Positions 41,301-50,235 of a stretch of DNA of 64,000 bases are shown here, piece by piece. The notes under the pieces are model-generated. The model was not told the origin of the DNA. It did not search any database and saw nothing but the letters and a program-made list of their open reading frames with translations. The position numbers and the translations under genes were made by a program. Each line of letters starts with the position of its first letter. Position 1 is the stretch's first letter. The stretch lies in contig CBDCZH010000018.1 in the NCBI GenBank assembly GCA_965224485.1, positions 43,603 through 107,602 of the forward strand, given 5' to 3'. The stretch comes from Arcobacteraceae bacterium. Its GTDB lineage: Bacteria; Campylobacterota; Campylobacteria; Campylobacterales; Arcobacteraceae.

Positions 41301-41748
41301 TGTTGGAGTTAAAAACGTAGGAGCTGGGCATCATTTACCAACAGGAGTTGCCGATTTTAGAGAATTATGGTTAGATATTACACTTAAAGATGCAAATGGA
41401 AAAGTTGTATTTGAAAGTGGAAAACTAAAAGATGATGGTAACTTAGATACAGATGCAAGACCATTTATGAAAGTATTTGGTGATAAAAATGGAAAACCAG
41501 TTGGACTTTTATTTTGGAAATATGAAAAACTTTTAAGTGATACAAGAATTAAAGCAGGGGAGAGACGAATTGAAACATATGATATCTCAAAACCTGAGAA
41601 ACTTATTTATCCTTTAAGTGTTATAGTAAAACTAAATTTCAGAATTTATCCTCAGTGGGTTACTGATGCTGTTAGAAAAGCTTATCCTCAACTACCAAAT
41701 CCACCAGTAGTTGAATTAGAAAAAATAATGAAAGACTTTAGTAAATAA
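38362..41748 (+). CDS. Fusion: His-bearing TM domain + YncE-like beta-propeller + six c-type heme motifs (c554/c552-like C-terminus)
   Basis: TM helices with His (ATHII, NMHTY, LIHLY, WYHSM); TPRGLALT and NPWDLAFS propeller repeats; CNSCH, CKSCH, CMGCH, CVACH, CATCH, CIDCH; GAGHHLPTG. Confidence 0.85.
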   Translation: MKIAYIELSIVLMFLTGILQWDLIDIPWVYFTFLQATHIIASILVAVFLIIPFVNMHTYKYRVNIMARKRNSTNGMILGIVLLLIIASGVYLFFVGNRGGDDIGYYSFLIHLYGSFLLLFFLWYHSMFSNANIRRKKAAREKRAKENALHAKMANVKSFAFILLSIAFLYPSLAYSSVSSSALYLSKDSKYLYSANLDAGSVTKIDALSGKVIFEKVLGEDIRRIAFNSDESVYAVTDYMKDKVIFLNKNNEIIKEIKTKNRPHAIIYDAKNSYFFVTIFEDNELLVIDDKNFEIIKTIKTFKTPRGLALTDDGRLLVSHSMIGMVSIYDSRSFARLKTITLHSTQNKNEFVSQGKPRLLDDIEIKPDGKEAWLPHVLWNFDHAFQFQSTVFPSISIISLEKGHEKELNEKRKHLFKAINILNNANSTMIVSNPWDLAFSSDGAKAFVTLAGSEDVMVLNIGRSMGSAKKKRHRKRGKRAGKGAKVTQILRAYPNNTNPQAIITSPKSNDIYVQNASRLDLTLLDSGGSHPFARLTVKIDSFSKVVKKDLLAKNIREGKTLFNNANTNTNKETPMAGDFWMSCNSCHFEGFNFTNGFLFTDTKLNKSLKSTIGHDTLKGFISKDPLGDYVRIARDTQGGMGADEKAELTIVDPAKMSAKLKTKMQALHSYVKSKDNLRYLSNWIKLEEDVEEYHVEDWTNSAKCKSCHNEIFNQWADSNHRNLVGTNPYYIVVENVAAQVEGEEFRQWCMGCHSPSAITTGLVKKTTHTMDKFFESGAKTLINELKVHGNSKLEEGVSCVACHRITKVEDAGGNAAYTLAVKSRPKYAFEDSDNAGLQFLSEKLINSKPQKHIDSYMKPIYKKSVYCATCHDEFTPGNGSKIVSTFKEWENSKYNNPDDPSEHKSCIDCHMTYLKNDKLSPLRGRSTDGGKIKDDVKVHYFAGANHFLSGLKSKEHEDQTLQLLRTSAKLDVNVKDGKVIVGVKNVGAGHHLPTGVADFRELWLDITLKDANGKVVFESGKLKDDGNLDTDARPFMKVFGDKNGKPVGLLFWKYEKLLSDTRIKAGERRIETYDISKPEKLIYPLSVIVKLNFRIYPQWVTDAVRKAYPQLPNPPVVELEKIMKDFSK

Positions 41749-41783
41749 TATAGTATTGTAAGATACTAATAATAAGGAAAAAC

Positions 41784-42301
41784 ATGAAAAATATAAAAAA
41801 TTACTTTGCTATAATTATCATGATATTTGTTTTTAATGGGTGTCTTGCTCCCTTAGTATCTTATAGCAATAGTTCAAAAGTATTGTCTCTTAAATTATAT
41901 GATGAGCAACGTAAAGAAGTCAAATTTGAGAATGAAAAGTATAAAACCAGTGCCGGTTATTGTATTTCTAAATCATTCTTATTATCTTCAGATAATGTTG
42001 AAAACTATGGTTTCTTATCTGTAGAGCATATTAAGATTAAAGACAGATGTGAATGGAAAGGATTAGCTGAAGGTTTTTATATTGAAAAAATAAAAAGAAT
42101 TTTTGATAATAGTGAAGTTAATCTTATTAAAAGAACTGAACTTGGTCAATATATATTTTCAGAATATGAAGTAGTAGGTGTACAAAATGTATCACTTATT
42201 GAATTGTGAGGGGAGCAAAAGAAAATACTTTTATTCTTGATTTTGATGGTAAATTATCAAAAGAACTACAAAAAGACTTAAAAAGTCAATATCTGAAATA
42301 A
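41784..42301 (+). CDS. Hypothetical lipoprotein (ORF track stops at 42209; probable indel)
   Basis: Lipobox FNGC; a shifted frame continues GAKENTFILDFDGKL...* to 42301, just before a terminator. Confidence 0.55.
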
Positions 42302-42304
42302 TCT

Positions 42305-42330
42305 AAATAGAGCCAAACTTGGCTCTATTT
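42305..42330 (+). terminator. Hairpin terminator
   Basis: AAATAGAGCCAA-AC-TTGGCTCTATTT. Confidence 0.7.
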
Positions 42331-42412
42331 TTAAATTCTTTAAAATCCTTACTCTTTCAAATAATAAACATAGTAAACTTATCTTATTATTCTAAATAAT
42401 AAAAGGATTTTT

Positions 42413-42859
42413 ATGAAAACTACACGAATTAAAAACTTAATACTTCAAGGACTTAGTACAAGAACTAATAATAAAAATGAAGCTGATAAAAAAACAGCAA
42501 AAATTTCTCCTTTATGGACTGAATATGTTGATGAAAATATTTATGCAAAAACATTAAATAAAACACATGATGATTATTTATACGGTGTTTATTCAAACTA
42601 TGAAAGTGATGTTAATGGTGATTATGATGTTACAGTAGCACTTGAAATTAAGAAAAAATCAAAAAAATATATTTTTATTGAAAATACAAAATATTTAGTG
42701 TTTTCAAAAAAAGGTGAATTTCCAGAAATCGTACTTGAATTATGGAAAGAAATTTGGGAATATTTTGAAAATAAACCAGAATATGAAAGAGAATATAGTA
42801 TTGATTTTGAGAAATATGTACAAAAAGATGAAATAGAAATTTATATTTCAATAAAGTAA
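42413..42859 (+). CDS. GyrI-like / AraC effector-binding domain protein
   Basis: GLSTRTNN, YGVYSNYESD, LWKEIW, DFEKY, IEIYISI. Confidence 0.85.
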   Translation: MKTTRIKNLILQGLSTRTNNKNEADKKTAKISPLWTEYVDENIYAKTLNKTHDDYLYGVYSNYESDVNGDYDVTVALEIKKKSKKYIFIENTKYLVFSKKGEFPEIVLELWKEIWEYFENKPEYEREYSIDFEKYVQKDEIEIYISIK

Positions 42860-42863
42860 AATC

Positions 42864-43640
42864 TTGTTTGAAATAAAAGATATAAATGATGAAAGAATTA
42901 AAGAGTTTATATCTTTAAAACAATCTTCTTTAGATGAAAAATATGTAGTAGTTGAGAGTAAAAATGTTTTTAAAAAACTTTTTAGCAAAAACATAAAAAT
43001 TCATAAAGTTTTTACAAGTTTAGAAAACTGTGATTTTATAAATAAAAATTGCAAAAACATAGATTTTGAAATTTTCACTTCAAGTAATGAAATTATGAAA
43101 AAAATAGTAGGCCATAAAATACACCAAGGTCTACTAGCTTTAATATCAAGACCCCAATATATAAACTTTGAAGATATAAAAGGAAATGTAGTAGTTTTAA
43201 ACTCTCTTACTTTTTCTCCTGAAAACGTAGGCTCAATTGTACGTTCATGTGCTTCTTTTAATATAAAGAACATAATAATAGATGAAAAAACTTGCTCTCC
43301 TTTTATAAGAAGATGTATAAGAGTTTCAACAGGTAATATTTTCAATATAAATGTATATAAATCAAAGAACCTAAAAGAAGACTTAGAAATTTTACAAAAA
43401 AATAATTATAAAATAATCTCAACAGCAAATACAAAAGAAGCAAAAAGTCTAAATACTTTTACCTTCCCTCCTAAGTCAGCAATCATAATTGGAAATGAAG
43501 GTTATGGTGTTTCTAAGGACATACTAGCCATGTCTGACGATGTTCTAAAAATAGATATAAGTGAAGAGGTAACAAGTTTAAATGCAGCAATTGCTAGTTC
43601 TATTGTCCTTTATGAGATGAGTAAAAATAAAACTAGCTAG
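42864..43640 (+). CDS. TrmH/SpoU-family RNA methyltransferase
   Basis: HQG, PENVGSIVRS, IIGNEGYG, SLNAAIA. Confidence 0.9.
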   Translation: MFEIKDINDERIKEFISLKQSSLDEKYVVVESKNVFKKLFSKNIKIHKVFTSLENCDFINKNCKNIDFEIFTSSNEIMKKIVGHKIHQGLLALISRPQYINFEDIKGNVVVLNSLTFSPENVGSIVRSCASFNIKNIIIDEKTCSPFIRRCIRVSTGNIFNINVYKSKNLKEDLEILQKNNYKIISTANTKEAKSLNTFTFPPKSAIIIGNEGYGVSKDILAMSDDVLKIDISEEVTSLNAAIASSIVLYEMSKNKTS

Positions 43641-43716
43641 ATATTTCTTTATTTAATTAATGTTTAAATTTAGAGACGTTCTGTGTTCGCTGTGAGGACT
43701 TATTGTATCTTCTACT

Positions 43717-43995
43717 TTAAGGTTTATTTTTATTAAATATGTTTAAAATTATTATTGAGTTGTTATTTAAATCAACTTCATAAACGATAGTATATTTTTT
43801 AAAGGTCATATCTCTAATGTTTTCATCATTAAAATAATATGATTTTCTAAATTTATATGGATAATGTGGGAGTTCTTTAATTAGTTCAAATAAGTTTTTT
43901 CTAAATTTCTTTGAAGCTGATAATTTGTCTTTAGCTATATAGTCTAAAATTGAGTAAAAATTTATTTCAAATTTTTTATCAAGTTTAATTCTCAT
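43717..43995 (-). CDS. RelE/ParE-family toxin
   Basis: ILDYIAKD..SA, PYKFR, YTIVY; overlaps the upstream antitoxin. Confidence 0.85.
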   Translation of the reverse strand: MRIKLDKKFEINFYSILDYIAKDKLSASKKFRKNLFELIKELPHYPYKFRKSYYFNDENIRDMTFKKYTIVYEVDLNNNSIIILNIFNKNKP

Positions 43996-44242
43996 ATTTT
44001 AATTCTAGTTCTTTTTCAAATTTATTTGTACTATTTTCAAAATCTTCAAATGAAGTTAAATTTCTATTTCCACTTTTTATATCACTTCTTATTTCTTGTA
44101 ATTCTTTTTGTCTTTTATAAAAGTAAGGGTCAACTTCTAAATTTTTATCTTTTGAAATAGTGATATCTTTACTATGGTTATGAACATAACTCATAAAATT
44201 TTGTACATAATTATCTTGAACTTGTACTAAAATTGTTTGCAT
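43985..44242 (-). CDS. Putative antitoxin
   Basis: Small protein translationally coupled upstream of the toxin. Confidence 0.7.
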   Translation of the reverse strand: MQTILVQVQDNYVQNFMSYVHNHSKDITISKDKNLEVDPYFYKRQKELQEIRSDIKSGNRNLTSFEDFENSTNKFEKELELKYEN

Positions 44243-44451
44243 AACATTCCACCTATATTTTATTTATACACTATTATATCAAAACTAAAGTGATTTTACT
44301 TTAGTTTTAAAGTTAGAATTAGGTTTGATTACACCTAGTCGTATTCCCTTGTATCAGTCAGTTTCAATTTAATTAATTTTTTTCTTGATAAATACAAATA
44401 CAATTTGCACTATGCTTGTCAAAACAATCTCATCTTTACCTTAGCAAAGTT

Positions 44452-44505
44452 TTATAACGTTTAATTTCAGCAAGGCTCTGCATTTGTTTCAAGATTTTGT
44501 TATGT
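44452..44505 (-). other. Truncated or interrupted attC-like site
   Basis: Minus strand ACATAAC-AAAATCTTGAAACAAAT...GTTATAA; starts like the attC at 50097-50228 but lacks a complementary right arm. Confidence 0.35.
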
Positions 44506-44518
44506 GTTTTACTTAGTT

Positions 44519-44646
44519 AAAATAAAGTTGACTGTGCCTTTTATTCTTTATTAATAATTTAGTATCGTGTCCCCGGAATTTAAAAATAAAGTTGACTGTG
44601 CCTTTTATGCTTTACTAATAATTTAGTATCGTGTCCCAGAAATTAA
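44519..44646 (+). repeat. Tandem direct repeat, 2 x 64 bp
   Basis: AAAATAAAGTTGACTGTGCCTTTTAT...TAATAATTTAGTATCGTGTCCC repeated with period 64. Confidence 0.9.
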
Positions 44647-44669
44647 TATTTTTATTAGCACTATTTTTA

Positions 44670-45665
44670 TCAAATACTATCTTCTAATATTTTTTGAAAT
44701 TCTTCTTTATTTGGTAAAACAGTTAGATATTTACTTGCATAAATTTGATTATTATCTTCTGGTAATGTCATCTCTACTAAACCATTACTTTTATCTTTAC
44801 ATAAAATTATACCTACAGTTGGGTTTTCATTTTCAAGTTTTTCATACCTATCAAAATAATTTACATACATCATCATTTGACCTATATCTTGATGTTTTAA
44901 CTTACCAATTTTTAAATCTATGACTATAAAAGATTTTAATATACGATTATAAAAAACTAAATCAACTGCAAAATGTTCTTCATCTATAGTAATTCTTTTT
45001 TGTCTTGCTACAAATGTAAAACCTTTTCCAAGTTCTAATAAAAAATGTTCCAACTTGTCAATAAGTTTTTGTTCAAGTTCACTTTCACTATAACTATTTT
45101 CTACACTTAAACCAACAAACTCTAGTATATAAGGGTCTTTTATCATATCACCAACAGATTCTATAATTTGCCCTTTAGATGACAACTCTTTAACTTTTGA
45201 TTTATCACGGCTTAGCTGTAATCTTTCATAAATACCACTATTAAATTGTCTTTTAAGTTCTCTGAGTGTCCAAGAGTTATCTACTGATTCTATCTCATAG
45301 AAATCTCTTTCACTAATATTTGAGATTCTTGATAAAAATATATAATGAGACCAACTTAAATTGAATTTGTGAGACAGTGTCTCGCTTTTTGAAAATGCAT
45401 TATAAAATAGTCTCATGTTTTTTAAATTATCTTCGGAATAACCTTTTCCAAATTCTTTGGTAAGTTCTACAGATAAGTTTTTCAATAATGCTTTTCCATA
45501 TTTAGCACGACTTTTTCCATCTTGTTCTTCTTCAACTATCATCTTACCTATTTGCCAATAGGTTTGTGTCATAGTTATATTTATAGTGCTATATACTTTG
45601 TTTTTAGCATTTTGTAGGAGTGTTTTTATTTCATTGTAAAAATTTGATTGTTTTTTTAAATTCAT
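44670..45665 (-). CDS. yhcG: YhcG/DUF1016 PDDEXK nuclease-domain protein
   Basis: YWQIGK.IVEEEQ.G..RA.YG, LSWSHY, KDPYILEF, FLLELGKGFTFVARQ, DLKIGK, GQM..Y. Confidence 0.9.
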   Translation of the reverse strand: MNLKKQSNFYNEIKTLLQNAKNKVYSTINITMTQTYWQIGKMIVEEEQDGKSRAKYGKALLKNLSVELTKEFGKGYSEDNLKNMRLFYNAFSKSETLSHKFNLSWSHYIFLSRISNISERDFYEIESVDNSWTLRELKRQFNSGIYERLQLSRDKSKVKELSSKGQIIESVGDMIKDPYILEFVGLSVENSYSESELEQKLIDKLEHFLLELGKGFTFVARQKRITIDEEHFAVDLVFYNRILKSFIVIDLKIGKLKHQDIGQMMMYVNYFDRYEKLENENPTVGIILCKDKSNGLVEMTLPEDNNQIYASKYLTVLPNKEEFQKILEDSI

Positions 45666-45749
45666 TACTTATTATACCTTTATTTCAAATCTAATTTATT
45701 TATGATATTAATTATTGAACCATAATATATTATCTCTTCTATAACTATT

Positions 45750-45962
45750 TTAATAGTAAATTTTATTTTGTAGACTTTTAAAATATTCTAGGAGTCTTAA
45801 TTTTTGTTTATATTTCATAGATAAATCTTGACCTAATTTTAAATTCCATTGGTCAAGTATTACATCAACACCATTATGTCTTAATCTTGTTGCTACTTGC
45901 ATCACCCAACTTTTGTGTTCATCATTATCATGTGAATATGATATAAAAACTTGTGATGACAT
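45750..45962 (-). pseudogene. Truncated TIR/SEFIR-domain gene
   Basis: VFISYSHD..EHKSWV..A..LR..GVDVILDQW..GQDL, then similarity ends abruptly. Confidence 0.75.
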
Positions 45963-46020
45963 AAAACTTCTTTTTTCTGTAAACATTACTATTTGTTGTA
46001 TTTGGGTTTAATCAGTCACT

Positions 46021-46310
46021 TTGTTAGTTTATACTTTAATTTACTTAAAAATAAGAACTCATTAAAATATGCTCTACTCGTATGATTATTTGTACTAAAG
46101 AGTACAAATTACCATACTCCTATTTCTTAACGTGCAAACAGTTATGGCTGGGTTACGTAAATAAAGAAAAACTTACTCACGAGGTTTGCCTTGTGCTAAA
46201 GAGCACAAGTTTTCCTTCTTCCTCTGCTAAAGCAGATATAGTTCGAGCACATATTCATTCAAGGAATAAAAGATAAGTGTATTTCCTGCCCTAGGGGTGT
46301 GTAACTTCCA
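46021..46310 (+). repeat. Structured non-coding repeat, partial rearranged copy A
   Basis: Shares TTGTTAGTTTATAC, CAGTTATGGCTGGGTTACG, ACTTACTCACGAGGTTTGCCTTGTGCTAAAGAGCACAAGTTTTCC and TCTGCTAAAGCAGATAT with copies at 51.35-55.08 kb. Confidence 0.85.
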
Positions 46311-46368
46311 ATTAATGGTGCCAGTCCCGAATGGCACAGCAAGGCTCTAAATTAATGGTGCCAGTCCC
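46310..46368 (+). repeat. Direct repeat AATTAATGGTGCCAGTCCC x2 (period 40)
   Basis: 19 bp exact repeat; the first copy forms the hairpin GTGCCA-gtcccgaa-TGGCAC and the second supplies the lmuB stop codon. Confidence 0.85.
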
Positions 46369-48136
46369 CTTTTTCCTTAGTGATACCTAAAAACATTTTT
46401 TGTTCAAAACCTTCAAAAGTAGCTAACCATTCTTTATCATTTACATCACATTCATATCGATAAGATGTTGTTGAATATATAAGTTGTGCATTATAGAGGT
46501 TACATAATTTCTTTAATTCACCAAGAAACTCGCTAAGATCACTAAGGTCTAACTCTTGTTGTCTTGGAGTATCAAAAATTAAAAACCTAAGGCTATTCCT
46601 AGAAGAATTTTTTAAATATACTTCAAATATTGTTGCATGAATTGCTAATACAACCCTTATTAGCGTACTTCCTTGTATTTGACTAAGTTTTTCCCCATTA
46701 AATGTTGGTTTAAAATCATTATCTATTTCAATATTCCTTGATACATTTTTTGTTTTTAATATATCTAACCAAAAAATTAGTTTTTCTTTCAGTTGAGTCT
46801 TAATTTCATATAATTTAGTATTAATATCATTTTTACCACCAGTCAAAGAAGCTATACTATCTTGAACTCTTTCTCTTTCTTTTACTCTTTTTGTTAATTT
46901 TTTCTTTTCTTCAAAAAAATACTCATAGGATTGTTTAGTTTGCTCTAATTGAAAAACTTCTTTAAATAATTCATTTAAACCATTTACTATTCTCTTTGAT
47001 TCTTGAGTATCATTCATTTGGCTAACTTCGCCCTCAATTCTTTTGATATCATCTATTAAATTCTCTTTTGATTCATTTAACATCATGATTTCTTTTTGAA
47101 AGATAAAGGAATTCCGCTGCATATCTTTTATTTGATCTTTTAAATATAATAAATTCTTCCCATATGATTCTGAACTTTTCATAAATAAACCGCAGTTTTG
47201 AGAGTAACATATTTCATTAAAAGATTGAAATATTCTTTTAGACTCTTCATTTAAACTTAAAGTATTAATTTCTAATTCAATTTCTATTTTAATCTTCTCA
47301 AAACTATCTATCCTAGTTTCTAATTCCAAAATATTATTATCTATAAATTGAATTTTTTTCTGTTTTGTAAAAATTAGATTATCTAAGTTAATTATTAGAT
47401 CATTTTTAAGTGTTCTTGAATTACTAAGGTTGTCTATTTGGCACGTATGATTTTCTATATTTTTAATAATATCTAAATGATCTTTTTCAAAATCACCAGT
47501 TGAGGAGCTCATACTATCAATTAATTTCTTTGATTTTACAATTTTTTTATCTAGTAAGTCTTGTTGTGATTTCAAATTAAATATTTCTTTTTTTTGATCA
47601 AATGAATGCTTTGGAAGAATATCAAATATTAATCTTATCATTTCACTATATTGGTCTTTTATAAATACTGAAGGCGCTTTATATAAGTTACTATATCCAG
47701 TATCTTGATTTAAAAATAATAAAGGTAATAATGTTGAGAGATAAGGATGAGTAGGTTCTTTACCAATTGAGATAAGTGTGGGATATTTTATATTCAATAA
47801 TTCAAATAAAAAAGAAGTCAATTTTTCTTCCATATAAAAAACATCCCTTTTATTTTTACTATAGAGTTCTACATGAAATTCTGTACAAATTTTTCTTTTT
47901 AATTGAATTTCTTCTTTATTATGTTCAAAATACAAATTCACATATTCACAATTTTGGTAAATGTCTTCTCTAAACTTAGCACTGTAACCTAACGCATATA
48001 CAATAAATTGTACTATAGGAGTTTTTCCAGATCCATTAAAAGCAAAAATTTGTGTAATATCATTACCAAATATTAATTCTTCTGATTGCCATCCTTTACT
48101 ACTAGATGATTCTATAAATAATTTAGTTAATTTCAT
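46352..48136 (-). CDS. lmuB: Lamassu SMC-like ABC ATPase
   Basis: Walker A FNGSGKT, coiled coil with central C-x4-C, QGSTLIR signature, Walker B FLIFDTPRQQE. Confidence 0.8.
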   Translation of the reverse strand: MKLTKLFIESSSSKGWQSEELIFGNDITQIFAFNGSGKTPIVQFIVYALGYSAKFREDIYQNCEYVNLYFEHNKEEIQLKRKICTEFHVELYSKNKRDVFYMEEKLTSFLFELLNIKYPTLISIGKEPTHPYLSTLLPLLFLNQDTGYSNLYKAPSVFIKDQYSEMIRLIFDILPKHSFDQKKEIFNLKSQQDLLDKKIVKSKKLIDSMSSSTGDFEKDHLDIIKNIENHTCQIDNLSNSRTLKNDLIINLDNLIFTKQKKIQFIDNNILELETRIDSFEKIKIEIELEINTLSLNEESKRIFQSFNEICYSQNCGLFMKSSESYGKNLLYLKDQIKDMQRNSFIFQKEIMMLNESKENLIDDIKRIEGEVSQMNDTQESKRIVNGLNELFKEVFQLEQTKQSYEYFFEEKKKLTKRVKERERVQDSIASLTGGKNDINTKLYEIKTQLKEKLIFWLDILKTKNVSRNIEIDNDFKPTFNGEKLSQIQGSTLIRVVLAIHATIFEVYLKNSSRNSLRFLIFDTPRQQELDLSDLSEFLGELKKLCNLYNAQLIYSTTSYRYECDVNDKEWLATFEGFEQKMFLGITKEKGDWHH

Positions 48137-48608
48137 AAAGCTCCAATTCAATTTTCTTTTCGGTATTAATATCTCTATATTTTCTATTAATTACATTTAA
48201 CGTGTATGATAAATCATTTTCTTTAGATAATGTATAATCAATCACTTTTTTTCCAAGATCAGTTGATATTATCTTTTGTTTTTTATTATCAATAGTTATT
48301 AAATTTGAGATTTCCAAAAAATTCAATGCTGTAATTGTTCTTATTCGTAGATTCGCAGACCAACCCAAGTGTTGAGAAGAACCTTTAAATCCCTTCATGC
48401 TTAACTCTAAGCACTCACCAATTAATTGACCAAGAGAATCAACTTGAGGTTTTTTTCTATTCTTTGCCAAAAGTAATATAACTATAGATAAAAATGGTAA
48501 TTGAAATAATGCTTCATTATTTAATAAAATTTCTTTACTTGTATTATTTATAGTTGCTATCTTAATATCTTTTTTTCGAACTGACTTTAACATTTTTTCA
48601 AAATTCAC
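48123..48608 (-). CDS. lmuC: Lamassu / ABC-three-component middle component
   Basis: 161 aa gene overlapping both the effector and ATPase genes. Confidence 0.7.
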   Translation of the reverse strand: MNFEKMLKSVRKKDIKIATINNTSKEILLNNEALFQLPFLSIVILLLAKNRKKPQVDSLGQLIGECLELSMKGFKGSSQHLGWSANLRIRTITALNFLEISNLITIDNKKQKIISTDLGKKVIDYTLSKENDLSYTLNVINRKYRDINTEKKIELELYEIN

Positions 48609-49776
48609 TGAGATAACCTCCGTACAAGAGATGATAATGCACCACCTAATAATAATTCATCAGTAATAACTTTTATTTTTATAGTTTTATTTAATTTTTC
48701 AATTTCTTCAAGTAATTTTTCAAATGAAATAGTATTTAATTCTGAACTATTTGAAACTGCCCTGTCTAATTTAGTTAAGATCTTATTTAATTCAAAGGGA
48801 GGAATAATATGTCTATTAGTTCTTAGCCATGTATCCCAATCAGTTTTAACCTTAGAACAAAATTCAAGTATCTCTGGAGACGCGACAGATAATGTTCTTT
48901 GAAGTATAGAGGCATTCTTAATAGCTTGTTCATCTCCTCCTTTTAATAATTCATTATAAACATTTTGAGAAATAGATAATATCTCGAGTATATCTTTTAA
49001 ATTAATTCCACACGCATCATCTAATTCTTCTTTAGATAACTCAGAAATTTTCACTCTTGATTTTTTCTCAATTAGTGCTATTAAACTATCAGTAATTTCT
49101 TTTGATTCTAAATAATGTAAATCTATTTCACTATATTTCAAAATCTTAGTTCTTATTTTTTCATAAAAATCTTCAGCATTATCTTCCAATAAATAAACAT
49201 TATTAGTATCAAAACATAATTTTTTTAAATGCTCTTTAATCTCATCCTCAAGGATAACTTTTCCCTTAGGAAGAAAACACTCATTAAACTTTTCAATTAA
49301 TAACAAAGTAAATTTATTTTCAAACAGTTCTTTATCTATATCATCATTTATATTTTCAACATGGTCATGAATATTTATATTTGTTAAAAAAGTTATTGAG
49401 GAACAAGAAGATTTAAAGTTTACAGTATGTAGCAACATTTTACCAACAAAACTATCTTTTATTTTTTTAATTTCTGTTTTTTCTACAGCTACTTTTTTTC
49501 TTCTTGTATATAATCCAAAAATATCAGAAATACTCCACAAATGATTTTTTTTTGATTTAGTTTTAACTTGATAGAAATTATATTTATATTCCTTATCAAT
49601 TTTTCTCTAACAACAAAATCGTCGTGATAATCACAATAGACCATATCAACATTATTATTTTCAAGTATTTTGACAACTTCTAATGAAGCTGCTCTAAATT
49701 GAGCATGAAACCTTTTTATGGTTTCTCTTCCCACTTCTTCTCTAGCCTTAATATCGTGTATTTCAATGTTATTCAT
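48605..49776 (-). CDS. lmuA: Lamassu effector with Cap4/DUF4297-like dsDNA nuclease domain (one missing A near 49600)
   Basis: RE..GR.T..RF..Q, CDYHDDFV; adding one A restores YNFYQVKTK (PD-(D/E)xK-type) and joins both ORFs into about 390 aa. Confidence 0.78.
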
Positions 49777-50096
49777 TAATACTCCATAAAATTTACTAAC
49801 TTTAAATAATTATTTTTTAACTTAATTAAATGTATAAAGTATCCAACTTGTGTCACAATCTCCGTTATAAAGAACAGAATTGTGTCTTTGTATATTTTAT
49901 TTTAAAATTTTTTAAAATTTTCAAAAGAAAAAAAGTTATTTGATAATCAAATCCTTTTAAATTTTCTACACCACTCATTAAATACTCTTATACTTTTTAT
50001 ATATAAACCTAAATTTATTATTTGATAATAAATTTAGTATTATGTCTCCATTATTTTTGTGGTCTTAATAACTTTGTATCCAATACCCCTTTGTGA

Positions 50097-50228
50097 ATCT
50101 AACGACCGAACTGAAGGACAAGTGGGCGAAACGACTTGACAGTTTGGTCTTTATATTTTTTTATTCGAGATTTAAAAGCTCAAATTTTTCGCCCTTTACA
50201 CTTATTCGTTTCCTGTGTTTTGTTATAC
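50097..50228 (-). other. Integron attC-like recombination site (132 bp)
   Basis: Minus strand: R'' GTATAAC 7 nt after the stop codon, internal GGGCGAAA/TTTCGCCC and AAGTG/CACTT arms, R' GTTAGAT. Confidence 0.7.
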
Positions 50229-50235
50229 ATATTGA

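Noticed and set aside
44413..44420. Fourth TGCTTGTC motif
   Set aside because: No Fur-like box 38 nt away and no iron gene nearby; probably chance
44519..44646. Possible CRISPR array
   Set aside because: Only two units, the whole 64 bp is duplicated with no unique spacers, and no cas genes are present
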